Shown here one piece after another: positions 13,439-26,232 of a stretch of DNA of 64,000 bases. The stretch comes from Amphiscolops sp. MND2022. Taxonomy: Eukaryota. Under the pieces are notes generated by a model. The model did not search any database. It was not told the origin of the DNA and worked only from the letters and a program-made list of their open reading frames with translations. Positions within the stretch are counted from its first letter, which is position 1. Each line of letters starts with the position of its first letter. The translations under genes were made by a program, and so were the position numbers. The stretch lies in NCBI GenBank assembly GCA_964187785.1, contig OZ076414.1:68882001-68946000 (forward strand), in the 5' to 3' direction.

Positions 13439-14143
13439 CGTAACGTCCACCAGTCGACACCAAAAATTCAATCAAGGACCAAAAAATGTGCGAATCAAAA
13501 TGGCCGACCTAGCAGGTCGTTGAAATCAAAAAAGAACAACAGAAAACGCAAAAAAGAGACCCGCGCAAGACGAAAAAGACGAGAAGACAACATACCAATA
13601 GAGAGACACGTAGTGGGACTCGGAATTGTGCCATCTCACTCAGAAATTGCGAGTTCTTTACGAGGAAATGGCCCGGGATCCAAATATCCCATATTGGAAG
13701 AAAACTCGAAAATTGTGGAATCAATGAGAGAACGTTGGAAGTGTCGATTTTGATTGATTGTCATATTATTATTGTTCATTTGCAGATTTATGGAAATGCA
13801 GGATCTGCTAGATCCTTGTGCTGGAACTTTTGAAGGTTATTTTCATAATAGAATGCTTTCAGACTAAAACCCTGTTTTAGGAACTTGGAGATATGAAGAA
13901 CCGCAAGAACACTTTAGGATACGTTTTTACGTGCTTGTGGGACGTGTCCGGACTTTGAGTGTGCCGGCACGTCGCCACAGAGCTCTAATATGAGGAGTAT
14001 CCACAGCGTCTTGGAAAAGTCCCTACTGAGACCTTTTAGGGATGAAAAGCTGATGTTTAGGTTGTTATAAGACACTGGTCTCTTGTTAAGACATCCTGAG
14101 CATTATCCCAGTTCTAGAATGTAGCTGCTAGCTTGACGTTACA
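13439..14143 (+). repeat. 5' LTR
   Basis: CGTAACG...CGTTACA, 705 bp, ~95% identical by eye to 30697-31402. Confidence 0.95.
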
Positions 14144-14159
14144 TCTAGGAGAGTTTTTA

Positions 14160-14177
14160 TGGCGCCCCGCAAGGGAC
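14160..14177 (+). promoter_or_regulatory. Primer-binding site, tRNA-Arg-like
   Basis: TGGCGCCCCGCAAGGGAC, 14/18 to TGGCGACCACGAAGGGAC; 16 nt after the LTR. Confidence 0.65.
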
Positions 14178-17100
14178 ATTTTCCATCTTTTCGCCATAAT
14201 AGGAGTTTTTCCTGCTTTCCGGCCCTGTTAGGTCTGGATATAGGAAAACTTTCTGGAGAGTCCTAGATTGTTTTTTTATTGCCCTATTTTAGCCTTACAG
14301 GCTTTGTATTAGTGTTTTTCCTGCGTTTCCTGCATGTTTCCAGGGTCTGAAATGAGAAATAACCGATTTATAACAGAGTACCGAATGAAAACCGTTCCTG
14401 TCTGTTGAAATCGAACATCCGGCCTCACCGGATTCTGTTTTAAAGGGTTCTGTAGCCTCATTTCACCTTATTTGCAATGTATGGGGACCGAGAGGACGAA
14501 CGCTGAAGGTTTCCACCAGCTGCGATGACGTGGTGACGTCCTACACGACGACTCCTCCTGTACCCTCGTGATTGCAATGTACCCTCGTCAAACGGGTGAA
14601 ATCACCAATTTTCTTAATTTTGAAGCCCAAAAAGCATATTCCCAGGCCTATTCCCACAAAAACTAGCTGAGAAAAATACCCAGCGGGTGTTTGGACCGTT
14701 TGTGAAAAAGTTTGAGCGCGAAAACCCAGAAAATCATCTTATCTATAGCTCAAACCTCAATTTTACAAATTTTGAGAGTCAAAAATTTGTAGAATAGAAT
14801 ACGGCAGGTGGGAATAGAATGAAAACGTTTCATTAGACCTGTTAGGTCACGAACAGAAAAATTTGCTGGGCTGAATGTCTGAAAAAACGAAAATTTTAGC
14901 AGTTTTTGTTGAAAAAACATCAAATATTGGCCTAAAAGACCAAAATTGGTGAGGGCGAAGCCTTAGGCGTTTATTCCCAAGCTTTTAGATCGGCTCAAAA
15001 ACGTTGTTCCCGAGCTTGGTGGTACGGAACATTACTGCCAAGACAATTTTTAGCATTCCCCTATATAAATTGAAACTTTAACCCCTGGTTTTCTTTGATA
15101 TACATAGACCTGAGTAGATGACCCCATAGACCTGAGAGTTATAACATCAAAACTAATAATTGAAATAATCCCAATCCCCCGAATAAAGTTATTACACCTT
15201 CCTACTGTACTATTAGAACTATACCGAACATCTGGTAACCGAGAAATAAAAAGTTCCTAGGGAAAACACGTGTTTTCATAAGTGTTCCCAGAGTGTAAAA
15301 GGTGTAACATGAAAAATTTTTGAGAGACCTTATTTGGAACCTGCCAGTTTTTGCTTGCCCATTTTCTGTTAGTTTAGAGTATAAAGTTGCAAACGCAGAA
15401 AATCGCGATTGATTCCAACCAGTGGTTGCCGAGAAATAGCCAAAAACCTGTTATTCCAGTGACAATATCGGTACACTGGAATAGCGTTCCTGAGACAGGT
15501 CGAAATCTCTCCCAGCAGGAATAGCCCAAAACGGACTGCACCATCGTATAGACCATAAAAAGTTACGTTAGTGGTGTACTTTTCGTAGCGCTACCATTAT
15601 TAGTGATTGAGAAATCTTAGCCGCACTTTTGCTCGAAATTTGTACGAAATTGTCGAAAAAATCGAATTATAGTTGAGCATAGTGCTATACCTTCGGAGTA
15701 CCCCAGCACTAAAGTTCTTGCATTTTCGTACGTACGGCAGTAGATCCCGACGATTTGTGCATTTTGAGCAGCTTTATACTGTCCAACTTGGAGAAATTGA
15801 CAATTTTGTGAATTCTGACCCCAAAAGGTGACACATAGGGTACATCATAGTTTTGTCAACTCGGATTGCAGAATACTGAACTCGGCACCCTGCTAAACTG
15901 TTTTTCTGTTACGTGGGTAAACTTCACGCTCGCATCCAAAATTTCAAGTAGCTAGGAAGCCTAGAAGGCGAGTTTGACGGACTTGTGTGAATTTCACAAT
16001 ATAGCCAATTTTCGTAACAACATTGTTAAACGATCCCAAGTCACATATTATCAATTTTGGTGCAATCGGCGGTAATTTTCCCACGATTTGGCCACTATAG
16101 TATACCGCGTTATATTATCAGGTCAATAGCAGCTCTAGAAGTGATTTTCACCCTTCCCAGACGTGCAAATTGGTGACAAAATTACCGATTTGATGAAATT
16201 CTACGAAAAATACCAAATCTTTCGTAGACGTAGTCGCAAGGGAAGACTCAAGCGACTCTAGTTCCACACTATACACCCATAGCACGTCCAGTTGAAACAA
16301 TTAGAATAGAGCTAGCCAAACCCTAAAATCTTGGGTTTGTCAAAAAACTGTCTGCGAGACATAGAAGTGAAAAACACCAAAATCGTGCTTTTTCCACCTA
16401 CGGCCATCAAAGTCATCTAATTACGAATTAATAGCTGCAGCCACGTACATTTCAAGTGGGAAGTACCGTGTGAAAGCTAGAAAGCATTTAGTAGCTTCCC
16501 AAGAAACTTGACTTTGAACGCGGCGCGTCTCGAGACAGAATATCAAGAACAAAAGCATTGAGATGTGTTAAGATTCAAGTTTCCAAGGATCGCACGGCAA
16601 TCAGAATAGTAAAACACCCTCGCTAGCTAATGTCCCAGCACCTACTCACCCCAAGGTCTACTTCTCGAATCCCCTTCAGCAGTAACCCTACTTGTACTCC
16701 CCAGAAATAAGGCAGTGCGAGTGACATAGAGTACGTTCGGAGAAGTGCAGTGTGACGATTCGCGGGAAATATCTCCTGGAAGTCCAGCCAACGTACTAAA
16801 ACCTCTTTGTTCATTCCAATCAAATAGTCTGCGGCTGGATAAAACCCAATTTAAAGTGAGTTAGCCTTAGCGTCCTCCAAGTAGTATCTCAAAAAAAACT
16901 TGTGTTTGATCTTAGTAGAATAACTATCTCCAGTTAACCTTTCTGTTCTGATTAATGGTGATTAGCACCAATGCATGTAACCGGGAGTCTCGAGTTTGTG
17001 AGAGTCAACTAGTCCTAATTTAGAACATAGAAGACAATCACGAGCTACTAGCCCCAAAACCCAAAAACACAGTAGTTTAGTTAAAATATTAGAGGAAGCG

Positions 17101-17217
17101 TAATTCAACCTTCGAGTTTAGTTAACTGTTGTTCCAATTTGTGAAGGGGAAGGATTGAGTAGAAAGTCAAAGAAAAGTTTAATTGAGTGAAAAAGCAAAA
17201 GATCGAACGAACGAAAA

Positions 17218-19700
17218 TGAGTTGGAATGAATGGGAATACTCTATGCCATCGAATGAAACACTTCGGGAAACCAATAGCATCCACGCCACCAACCCAATC
17301 GCAAGCGACATAGAGGATTGGTATAGGCTCAGCAAACAAGTAGAAGTAGCACCACCAGACACGGTCACTAACATATTTTTAGACGACGAAATGTCGGATA
17401 ACGTATCTAACGCCAAGCAAAACTTACGCATCGCGCAAGCAAACCAATCCAATTCCTCGCAAGCGTCACCAGATAGCGCTGAAATTGCCAACCAGACTCC
17501 CATAAACAACGGCAATGTGTGGCCGCCTCTGAATGCCTCCGTGATTGCTACCGGGGACTGGCCGAACTCAAACAGAAAAGTAGCGACGAGCTCAAACATT
17601 AACAAATGGGTGAAAAACATGAATGTGGGCATGACTTTAGGAGAGATTACAGCTCATTCAGTCACAAACGCGGACCTGCTGGGTTCTGGAATCCCGATAT
17701 TTGAAGCTAGCAGAAACACTTTGGGCAACACCGCGAACTTCCCTCCAGAAAGCAAGCTGGGAAAAGACCAGAAAAGAAGTGGCACTCCAAAATTATACCT
17801 TCGCAACACCACCATTGCTGGGTCCCAACACATTGCGACTCGAATGTACAGCAACATCTCAGCATTCCGATGCCGGCAATGTAGCATCTCCTAATTCGAC
17901 CATTACCAGAGGCATGAAAGAAACTGAAGCCATAAGGAAAGAATTTGGACACGGTATGGAGCAATTGAAACAGGTCCAAACAAAGCTGACCAAAGAGAAC
18001 AGCGACCATGTCCAAAGAGCAGAAGTCTTAATGATGGAAATGGACGAGTTGCGAAAGGAAGTAAAAGAAATAAAGTTGGAAGGCCGCGTTAACCAAGGCA
18101 AGATAGAGATGACCATGGCAACCGTCAAGGACCTGACCGAGAGACGAATATCAGAGATAACAGCAATAATGGCACAACGAGATAAACAAGCCGACGAACG
18201 TCTAAAATGTATGTCTGAAATGATGCATCGCAGGGACTTGGATGTTGACAAACGCATGATAGACCTCATGACTACGGTCCAAGACCTAACCCTAGGGGTG
18301 AAAACCGTAGCAGCAAGAGTGCCAAACAGCCCCGCACCAGTGCCGCTGGCACTAGACCCTGCGAACATACCATCCTCAAGCGCACCTCCAACGCAACGAA
18401 CAACCTATCGCGAAGTCGCCCAACGCCAGATGAATATCAAACCCAGCTATTCGAAACAACCAAAACTGCAAACACCAGCAATGTACAAAAAGGTGCCAGA
18501 CGAACCCAAGTCTTGACAGCAAGTGATAATGAAATACGTCACTGTGACATATCTGGCCCTCCCTCATTGGACCCCTACGCTAAAGGTGCTTCAACGACTG
18601 GAGATTATTATTCCCCGACCAGTGCTCAAATGCCCATAGACATGAGGACAACATCTGGTGATTCTGAATAACAAACCGCTGTCTCCTCGAACCCCGGTAT
18701 GAAACGCTCAGCACTATCCTACTTTAACAATCCACCACGGCCGTTGGCCTCTAGCACGCAAAGAAAAACTGTTTCAAGAAGGAATCTGAACCCTGTGACA
18801 ACTGAAGGAGTCACTAAAGATAATATTCCGAACGCAATACACAACCAAGCGTTAGCCGAAGCAATAACCACAGCAATGTCAAAAGGTCTGGAACCGCTGT
18901 TAACCACAAAAGCCACCAAGAATAAACCAACCAAATACCGCGGTACGCGAGATGGCATAGTGGACGGTTGGCTCATGCTGATGAAGCGTTATCTAGAAAA
19001 AGTTCATGCTAAGGACATCCCACTAGACAAAGCATGGACTACTGTGGAATTTCTAGAAAACGAAGCAAGGGATTAAATCAGAAGCAGAACGCGATACAGA
19101 CAAAAAAGTCTTCGCATTACTAGCGAGAAGATTCGGAACGGGATCCAACAAGATCCAAATACAACAACAGTTCCGCACGCGTAACCAATCCCCTGACGAA
19201 GACTACATGCAATATTTGGATGCATTGGAAGGCTTGCGCAGCCAAGGTTTTCCCCATGAGGAGGTTGCGGTGAGACGCTACGAAATCATGCAAAGATTTA
19301 TTGAAGGAGTACGCAGTTTTGAGCAACCTCGCACTCATGTATGCGCAAGAGCAGTATGTGGATACACCCCCAACGGTGTAAGCCCTACGATTCACAGTAC
19401 AACAGTACCTGCGCACGCGTGGTTCGGCCCGTTCGGAGACCTTTCCTGCACCTCCACAACAACAACTACAACAACCTGCCTCAGCCAATCCACAAAACCA
19501 GGTACAGGCACCAGCCGCTCAAGTGCCATCCAATGCCCAACAATTCCTGCAACGACCCGCAACCTTCAGACAACAACCGCAGCGAACGTGTTTCAACTGT
19601 GGAGACCCCTCGCACTTCGTGGCTGATTGTCCCATGAAGGACCGAGCACGGAAGCCCGTACAGCAGGTAGTCACTTCCTGTCGAACGAACATGACCGGAG
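17218..19700 (+). pseudogene. gag: gag (disrupted): low-complexity N-terminus, coiled coil, capsid-like region, CCHC zinc knuckle
   Basis: ORF pieces 17187-17894, 17701-18516 (heptad-rich) and 18699-19076 (KYRGTRDGIVDGWLMLMKRYL). Knuckle CFNCGDPSHFVADC at 19589-19630. Confidence 0.85.
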
Positions 19701-19782
19701 AATGGGTATGCCTATCGAACCCACGTGGTATGAATGACAATATGACGCCCGCAGCCTTACCAGAACAAGGAACAACACCATT

Positions 19783-20750
19783 TTGTATCAACACCATTTT
19801 TGTATGGCATCTGACTGTATGGTGCCTGAAAATGCAGTAACAGAAGAACAAGTACAAGCGGCGTCGTACGCCTCAGTCAGGAGTTCAGCAGACTTTGCAA
19901 ACACTGACAATCAAATACGGGTAATATCAACATCTGAAGAAGGAGGCCCCTCACGTCCTGTGGTTGTGACCTGTGGTGAAAAACAAGTTCTCACAACGCT
20001 TGAAGCACCAGCACCCAATTGCACCGAAACGCTTATATCTATCCACTTGCTATTGTCCGCCGAACAGAAAGCATCTCCCGAACTCACATTGGCTCAATTG
20101 AAGGAAGAACTGTGTCGCAATACGAATCTTACAATAGCTTCGAGACCCTTGCCACACTTCACCAGAAGTGACGAGACCAAGCTAGCCCAAGTACAAAAGG
20201 TCAAGACAATCGCGCCGGTCGCCATAGCAATCACGATTGACGGAGTGGACATGAGGTTCGATGCGATTGTAGTCCTGGAAGGACACTTCCCTCAAGGCCT
20301 ATATTTGGGTAGGCAAGAACTCCGCTGTTACAACATTGGAGTGCAAGATGCACAAGGAGAAGCACAAATTGATGAGCGAGCCTCGCTAGTCGTTGCATTC
20401 GGCACTCCTTTACAAAAACCGATGCCACTTTTCGGCATGATAGACACCGGCTCGGGAGCCTCCATTCTTTCACTGAGTGCATACAAGAAGATGAGCTTAA
20501 CCAACATGAACTGAATCTATCACCATACAACATTGAACTATTCGCTGCTAATGGCAAGAGTATCACCACCGTTGGCGTCGCAGAAGATGTGAACTTTCAG
20601 CTCGACGGACATACTCTGAAAACCAACTTCGTAGTCATAGCTGATCACATTGGATCAGAGGACTTCCTCCTAGGTAGAAATTTCTTGCGCATATACAACG
20701 TATTGGTGGACCTCACGGCAATGAAGGTGACAATTCGTGATCCCTAAACG
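19783..20750 (+). pseudogene. pol: Aspartic protease region of pol
   Basis: MIDTGSGASILS (DTG at 20443), then IELFAANGKSITTVG and DFLLGRNFL after a frameshift. Confidence 0.9.
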
Positions 20751-21419
20751 CCTAGAACATTTAAAACCTTCATGAGGTAAGTGACAAAGAACCATCGTTT
20801 GTCATTTCCACTGAAGAAGTTCTAGGGACTTTCGAAAGAAAAGTGGTACGCGCGAAAATCATCACACAACAACCGGATGAATTTCACTTCCTTAAAGTAA
20901 TGGTCCATTCATGTAGCATGAAATCCAGTTCAGTCTTTGTTTCAGAAGATATACTAACTTCCATGGGGAAAGGGGGTATAGTATTCATAGCCCTGCGAAA
21001 TCAAACTGACAAAGAACGGGTAAGAATCAAAAAACAAACTGTAATTGGAAAAGCAAAGCTTACTACTTTTGTGTTAAATTCTGTTCCTATGCAAAGTATC
21101 TGTGAAGCTTCGAAGCTCACGAAGGAATTTGTAAATCGAATACATAAAGATATTGATTTGGACACTAGTTCAGAATACAGTTCTTTCGCCCAAAACTTCT
21201 TATCTTCAACGGAACCGTCTGAGATAGGCTTGTCAGAAAATGAAAAGAGAAAAAGTACAGATCCTCAATTGCTAAAAGCAATCCCAGGGCCCGACCTTTC
21301 CTCTGTCCTTTCTTCATGGGGGGAAGAGGCGAGAGACAAATTAGAAGTCATTTTAACTGAGTACGAAGCTTTATTTCTGAACAACAAGTCTGACATAGGC
21401 AAGTGTAAAATAGCAAAAC

Positions 21420-22110
21420 ATAGAATAGAGTTAGAGCCGGAGGCTATACCCCATCGGGAAGGAGCTAGACGAATGTCTCCTGATAAAGCGGCAAAAGCCA
21501 ATCAGGAAGTGCAAAACCTGCTGGCTCATGGTCTGATTCAACCCTCTTACTCTCCGTGGGCCAGTGGCATAGTCATGGTAAAAAAGAAATCAAGCGAGCT
21601 TCGCTTTTGCTGTGACTTCCGCCCGCTAAATGATGTAACTTTGAAAGATGCGTGCCCAGGATAGATGAAAGCTTCTCGAGGATTGGAAATGCAAAAATCT
21701 TTACCAGCATTGATTTAGCGTGGGCCTTTTGGCAGATTTCATTGAAAAAGTGTGACCGCAGAAAGACCGCATTTGCATGTGAGCTTGGCCTATTCGAATG
21801 GCGACGAATGCCCTTTGGGTTATGCAATGCATCAGCCACCTTTCAATGATCAATCACAAGAGCTCTTCAAAAGATCCAACAACGACATGGAAGTGTCATC
21901 ATGGCATACATCGATGACATAGTGATAGCAACCGCAACTATTGAACACCATTTGGAAAGAATCAGAGAAGTATTTGAATGTCTCAGAGAGGCCGGCTTCA
22001 AGATGCGAGCCGAGAAATGCGACTTTATGCGCATCGAGACTAAATACCTCGGAAGAGTGGTTTCCTCCGAAGGCATAAAGCCAGACCCGGCTTCAGTAGG
22101 CAAAATCTAA
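21420..22110 (+). pseudogene. pol: Reverse transcriptase domain (disrupted)
   Basis: SPWASGIVMVKKK, RFCCDFRPLN, IDLAWAFWQI, MPFGLCNASATFQ, YIDD, YLGRVV. Confidence 0.97.
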
Positions 22111-22116
22111 GAGTGG

Positions 22117-22600
22117 ATGCCCCCGAGAAATAGAGAGGAGCGACAGAGCTTCCTTGGATTTGCGAACTACCGAGACTTCATTCCTTTCCATGCCGCCAAG
22201 GTACAGCCTATGCAAGAACTGTTGAGGAAGGATCAACACTTCTACTGGAACGAGAAGCAGCAGGAAGCATTTGATTTAGTGAAACAAGCACTAGCTGACG
22301 CCACAGACTTAGCAGCACCAAACGATGAAGGACGTTTCGTTTTGGACACAGACGCCAGCGCGGTCGCTATAGCCGGCATACTGCACCAAGAACAAGAATA
22401 TCAGGAAAAGACCATCCTTCGTCCCATCGTTTTTGGTAGCAAATCACTGACTCGAACACAATTGAAATATGTTGCCCCAAGTCTAGTGATGTATGCTGTT
22501 TTCTATTTCATTGAGAAATCTTATTCCTACCTTGCGGGTGGGGAATTCACGCTGCGCGTGGATAACGAGGCTCTCTTGTGGCTGAAAACATATCCGACGG
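22117..22600 (+). pseudogene. pol: RT connection and RNase H (C-terminally deleted)
   Basis: FLGFANY, FVLDTDASAVAIAGILHQ, FTLRVDNEALLWL. Confidence 0.9.
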
Positions 22601-22649
22601 ACGATGCATGTAAGACCGTGTATGATTGTCATGCCTCAATTGTACCAAC

Positions 22650-23670
22650 ACGAGATTTTATACCGAGCACATGATGAATCAGGACACCAAGGTGTTGGCA
22701 AAGTGCTGGCAAGGATCCAGGACGGCCACACTTGGCCAGACATCAAACGTAATGTCGTCAATCACATTACGCACTGCTTAACGTGCCAACAGACAAAACA
22801 CCCAGCTGGAAATCCCTGCTACCCCCTACAAAGTATCAACAGCAGCAATTTCAACAACCTAGTGCAGTTTGACCACTTGAAACTGTGCAAAACAACGTCA
22901 GGAAACAATGGACTGCTAGTCATTATCGACCATTTTACTAAATTTGCAGAGGCAATTCCATGTGCACATGATGAATACGATGCCCAGACAACTGCAAAGA
23001 TCATTTTGAATAAATGGTTTGCAAGACATGCACTCCCGCCAGGATACAATCAGACAACGCCACCAACCACTGCCGAAAAAGCACAGGAACTGATGAAAGC
23101 CTCGCAAGTAACTAAGGTGACATCGACTCCAGCACACCCAAGAGGCAATGGTGGAACGACAAAACAGAACATTGCTCACTCTGCTCCGAGTCTACACTTC
23201 TCGCAGAATGCTCGACTGGGACGAGCACATAGATGGAGTCCTAGGTGCCTAAAATTCAACCAGACATGCTTCAACTGGGTTCTCTCCGTACATGCTCCAA
23301 CATGGAAAAGTTCCGCTCTCGTTCATATATCCCGAGTTTGCAGCACGAGAAGTTGAGTCTAAGGAAGAATTTGTAGAACACCCACTCGCCAGACAACAGG
23401 AAATCTACGAGCTTGTTCGCAGAAACACGCACCAGGCACAAGTACGACAGAAACAAAAATTTGATCTACACTTGAAAGCAAAAGCACACGCCATAGGCGA
23501 CGCTGTTTGGGTTTTCTGCCATATAATTCCCAAGGGCGGTACCCGCAAGCTCCTCCGCGCCTGGCGCGGGCCTCATAAGGTCATAGACGTGCTACAAGAT
23601 GGACGACTGTACGTATTAGATACAGGCCAAAAAGTCCATTTTGAGCGATTGAAAAAGCACATGCCTGCAC
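22650..23670 (+). pseudogene. pol: Integrase (HHCC, DDE core, GPY/F)
   Basis: HDESGH...HCLTCQQ; VQFDHL...IIDHFTKFAEAIP; TPAHPRGNG; WRGPHKVIDV. Confidence 0.95.
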
Positions 23671-23899
23671 CCTGGGATTGGGCAACACACCAACCATTTG
23701 GACCTGACCAGAACGTCACCATCATTGCAGACCCATATGCAGAAGAAAGCAATGAGGAAATTACATTCGAAATGGAACCAACTGCACCCGTTCCACCTCG
23801 CAAAATTCAAACACGCACTCAATCCGCTTTGCAACAAGGAATCCCACGCAGGCGATTTAGCCACTTTGGATATTCATCCAAATCAGAATCTGACCAAAA

Positions 23900-25916
23900 A
23901 CCAATAGCCCCCCTTCTGCAGAAACATAGCAACCACTGGTTTTCCCTGACATTGACGATCTGGAACCATTATTCTCAGATCAAGAAGAAGTCTTGCCCGA
24001 ACAACTACAGAGCCTAATACCCTCACCATCAGGAACGTCGGCACCACTACTGTCAAACCCAGCCCTAACCGACACTTTGAGTAACTTTCCATTTTACAGT
24101 TCTCAAAATGGTAGCTCGGCAAGACTCGAACTCACACAGGAAGCCGAACCCCAAGAAGAAAACAATGGAGAAATCCAGGAACCTGACCGAAACATAGCAA
24201 CATTACCAACACCTGGGAGAACTGCAAGCAGGAGGCGCAAACCAAGAGGTAGACCTCCAGGTCGTAGAAGAGGAAGCACCACTTCATCAAGCAGAGCACT
24301 CACACGACCGAACAGACCATGCACTCGATCGAGAGGAAGAACAGAAACTAGGGTTCAATCACAAACCTTAGAACGCGCAATGACACTACCCGACATTGCG
24401 GAGAGTATATCACCAGAAGAGCGAGAAGTACAACCAACAACACCTTCACAAGCCCCACCTTACCAACTACGACGTAACAGGGCACCACGATACCGGTGCG
24501 GAACCTGTGGTTCCCGCTACTGTAGTTGCGTCAACCTAATCGAACGAAAGCCACCGGACGATCAACTGGCCCGGGGAGTGGACGCTCTGACACCCATTTT
24601 AGCTGAAGAGGACACTTTTGAAGACCATGAACAACGCACAATCTGGGCCATACAGACTAACAATCAGGATGGTCCACAAGTACACCATATTCACATCACG
24701 GTAGAAAAGACATACTCGACATTGAAGCAGGTGTGATCCCACCATTGGAAACCACATTGAAAGCCATGCACGAGACATTACCTTCAGACTGTCCTGTCTA
24801 TCGGTTCAAAGAGTGGACGCGGCACGACAAGAGTGGACTAGAATTTACTTTAACCGCTATAATTCCTCCACTCCCACCATCGATGGTATTCGGAGAAATT
24901 GGACCAGAAGACACGATTATAGCAATGATACGCTGTATCACCGCGCAGAAGCTTTCGCAACAATTTGGCGTGACCTCCCCCGGGAGATGTGTATCACCCA
25001 TCAACCGGCTGTTGGCTAGACACCTCCTTGGATGAAGTATCACCAGTGACTCCAGGAACTCTGCTAATTTGCCTAGAAAACTTACGTACCCTAGTAGAAT
25101 TTGAGGACACACTCTGTTTCCATCTAACAGACATAACCGCGGAAAATTCCTTAGTCAACATTGGTTACAACTACTAGCTATCATCTTATGTCGCCAAGCC
25201 AAAATACGTTTAATGGACAAATACATGTATCATTCGAAAATCCAACGACCGTGCTTGAAGCACTCTCCGTAGTTCACGATTGGTCCTGCAAAAACTTGAG
25301 AGACCGTCCCTTACGCATAACAGTATGGCAAGACCGCAAAGCCATCCTGGATCATCTAGCACCAAATCAATACAATCAAAGCACACTCACAGGAAAATTA
25401 TTAGCAACACACCCGAAAGTCAAGCCCAATTACTTACCCTGGATAACCTACGCTGAAACTGATATACTGCAAGCACGCGGTACCGTAGTAATATGCTGTC
25501 CGGCTGACCTGCTCTCCTATTCAGCAATGGCACGCTATGTCATCAGGGAATATGGTCAAGAGAAGATTTTCAAATTACGACCTGCCGTAGGGAAGGCCAT
25601 ACACCTCCCTAAGTCACCCGACGCGCCATGGAACAACAGCATGTTTCTACTATTTACAAGAGCCTCCAACAAACATCCCATGTTGCATGATGTACTACAT
25701 CTGTGCCTGCTAGATCTAGTGCAAAAACTCACGCAAGCCCAAGTCACCCGAATTCACCTTCCCATCTATGATCCTGAAAGGTCAATCAACATACTACCAA
25801 CTTGGTATTCAATGTTACGATATCATTTCATCGATTCAAAAGTCGACATAGTGCTCCACGACAGGGTGTGTGTATGTATCGATCGCATCCGTCAAAATGC
25901 ACCCTATCCGGACTAA
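23900..25916 (+). pseudogene. Pol C-terminal extension: AT-hook, Cys cluster, TARG1/OARD1-like macrodomain
   Basis: ORFs 23993-24736, 24733-25035, 24989-25177 and 25161-25916 abut or overlap. RKPRGRPPGR at ~24235-24265; CGTCGSRYCSC at 24497-24530; macro-like at 25443-25859. Confidence 0.7.
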
Positions 25917-26103
25917 GCACAAATTAGCTTGAGTCATTGTAGCAATTAGCAATAATCATTGGATGGACTTTTCTTCTTCTTAAGCGTTCGTGTAAATTGA
26001 GCAACCCTTCAAAAAAATTTTTGACGCCGACTGTTTAATCAATCTTGCTGAATTTTTTTAACTATATCTTGTTTGAGTTCACGTAACACCATTTTAGCCT
26101 ACA

Positions 26104-26127
26104 ATTGACGCCTGTTGTTTCTTTCAG
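26104..26127 (+). promoter_or_regulatory. Putative splice acceptor upstream of ORF3
   Basis: ATTGAC, then CCTGTTGTTTCTTTCAG in a T-rich gap between the pol stop (25916) and the ATG at 26233. Confidence 0.45.
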
Positions 26128-26232
26128 TTCAGTCCTGTTCATTCACTTGCGCCTACCACCGCCAGCATTGCTATCACTCATTTGCAGTTTGTAAACGTTC
26201 ACATTCCAATAAAGGTGCTACCATTTTCGCCA

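Noticed and set aside
13394-13753. K/R-rich ORF in the LTR (also 30637-30921)
   Set aside because: An A-rich LTR artefact; it starts outside the LTR and is truncated by a stop in the 3' copy.
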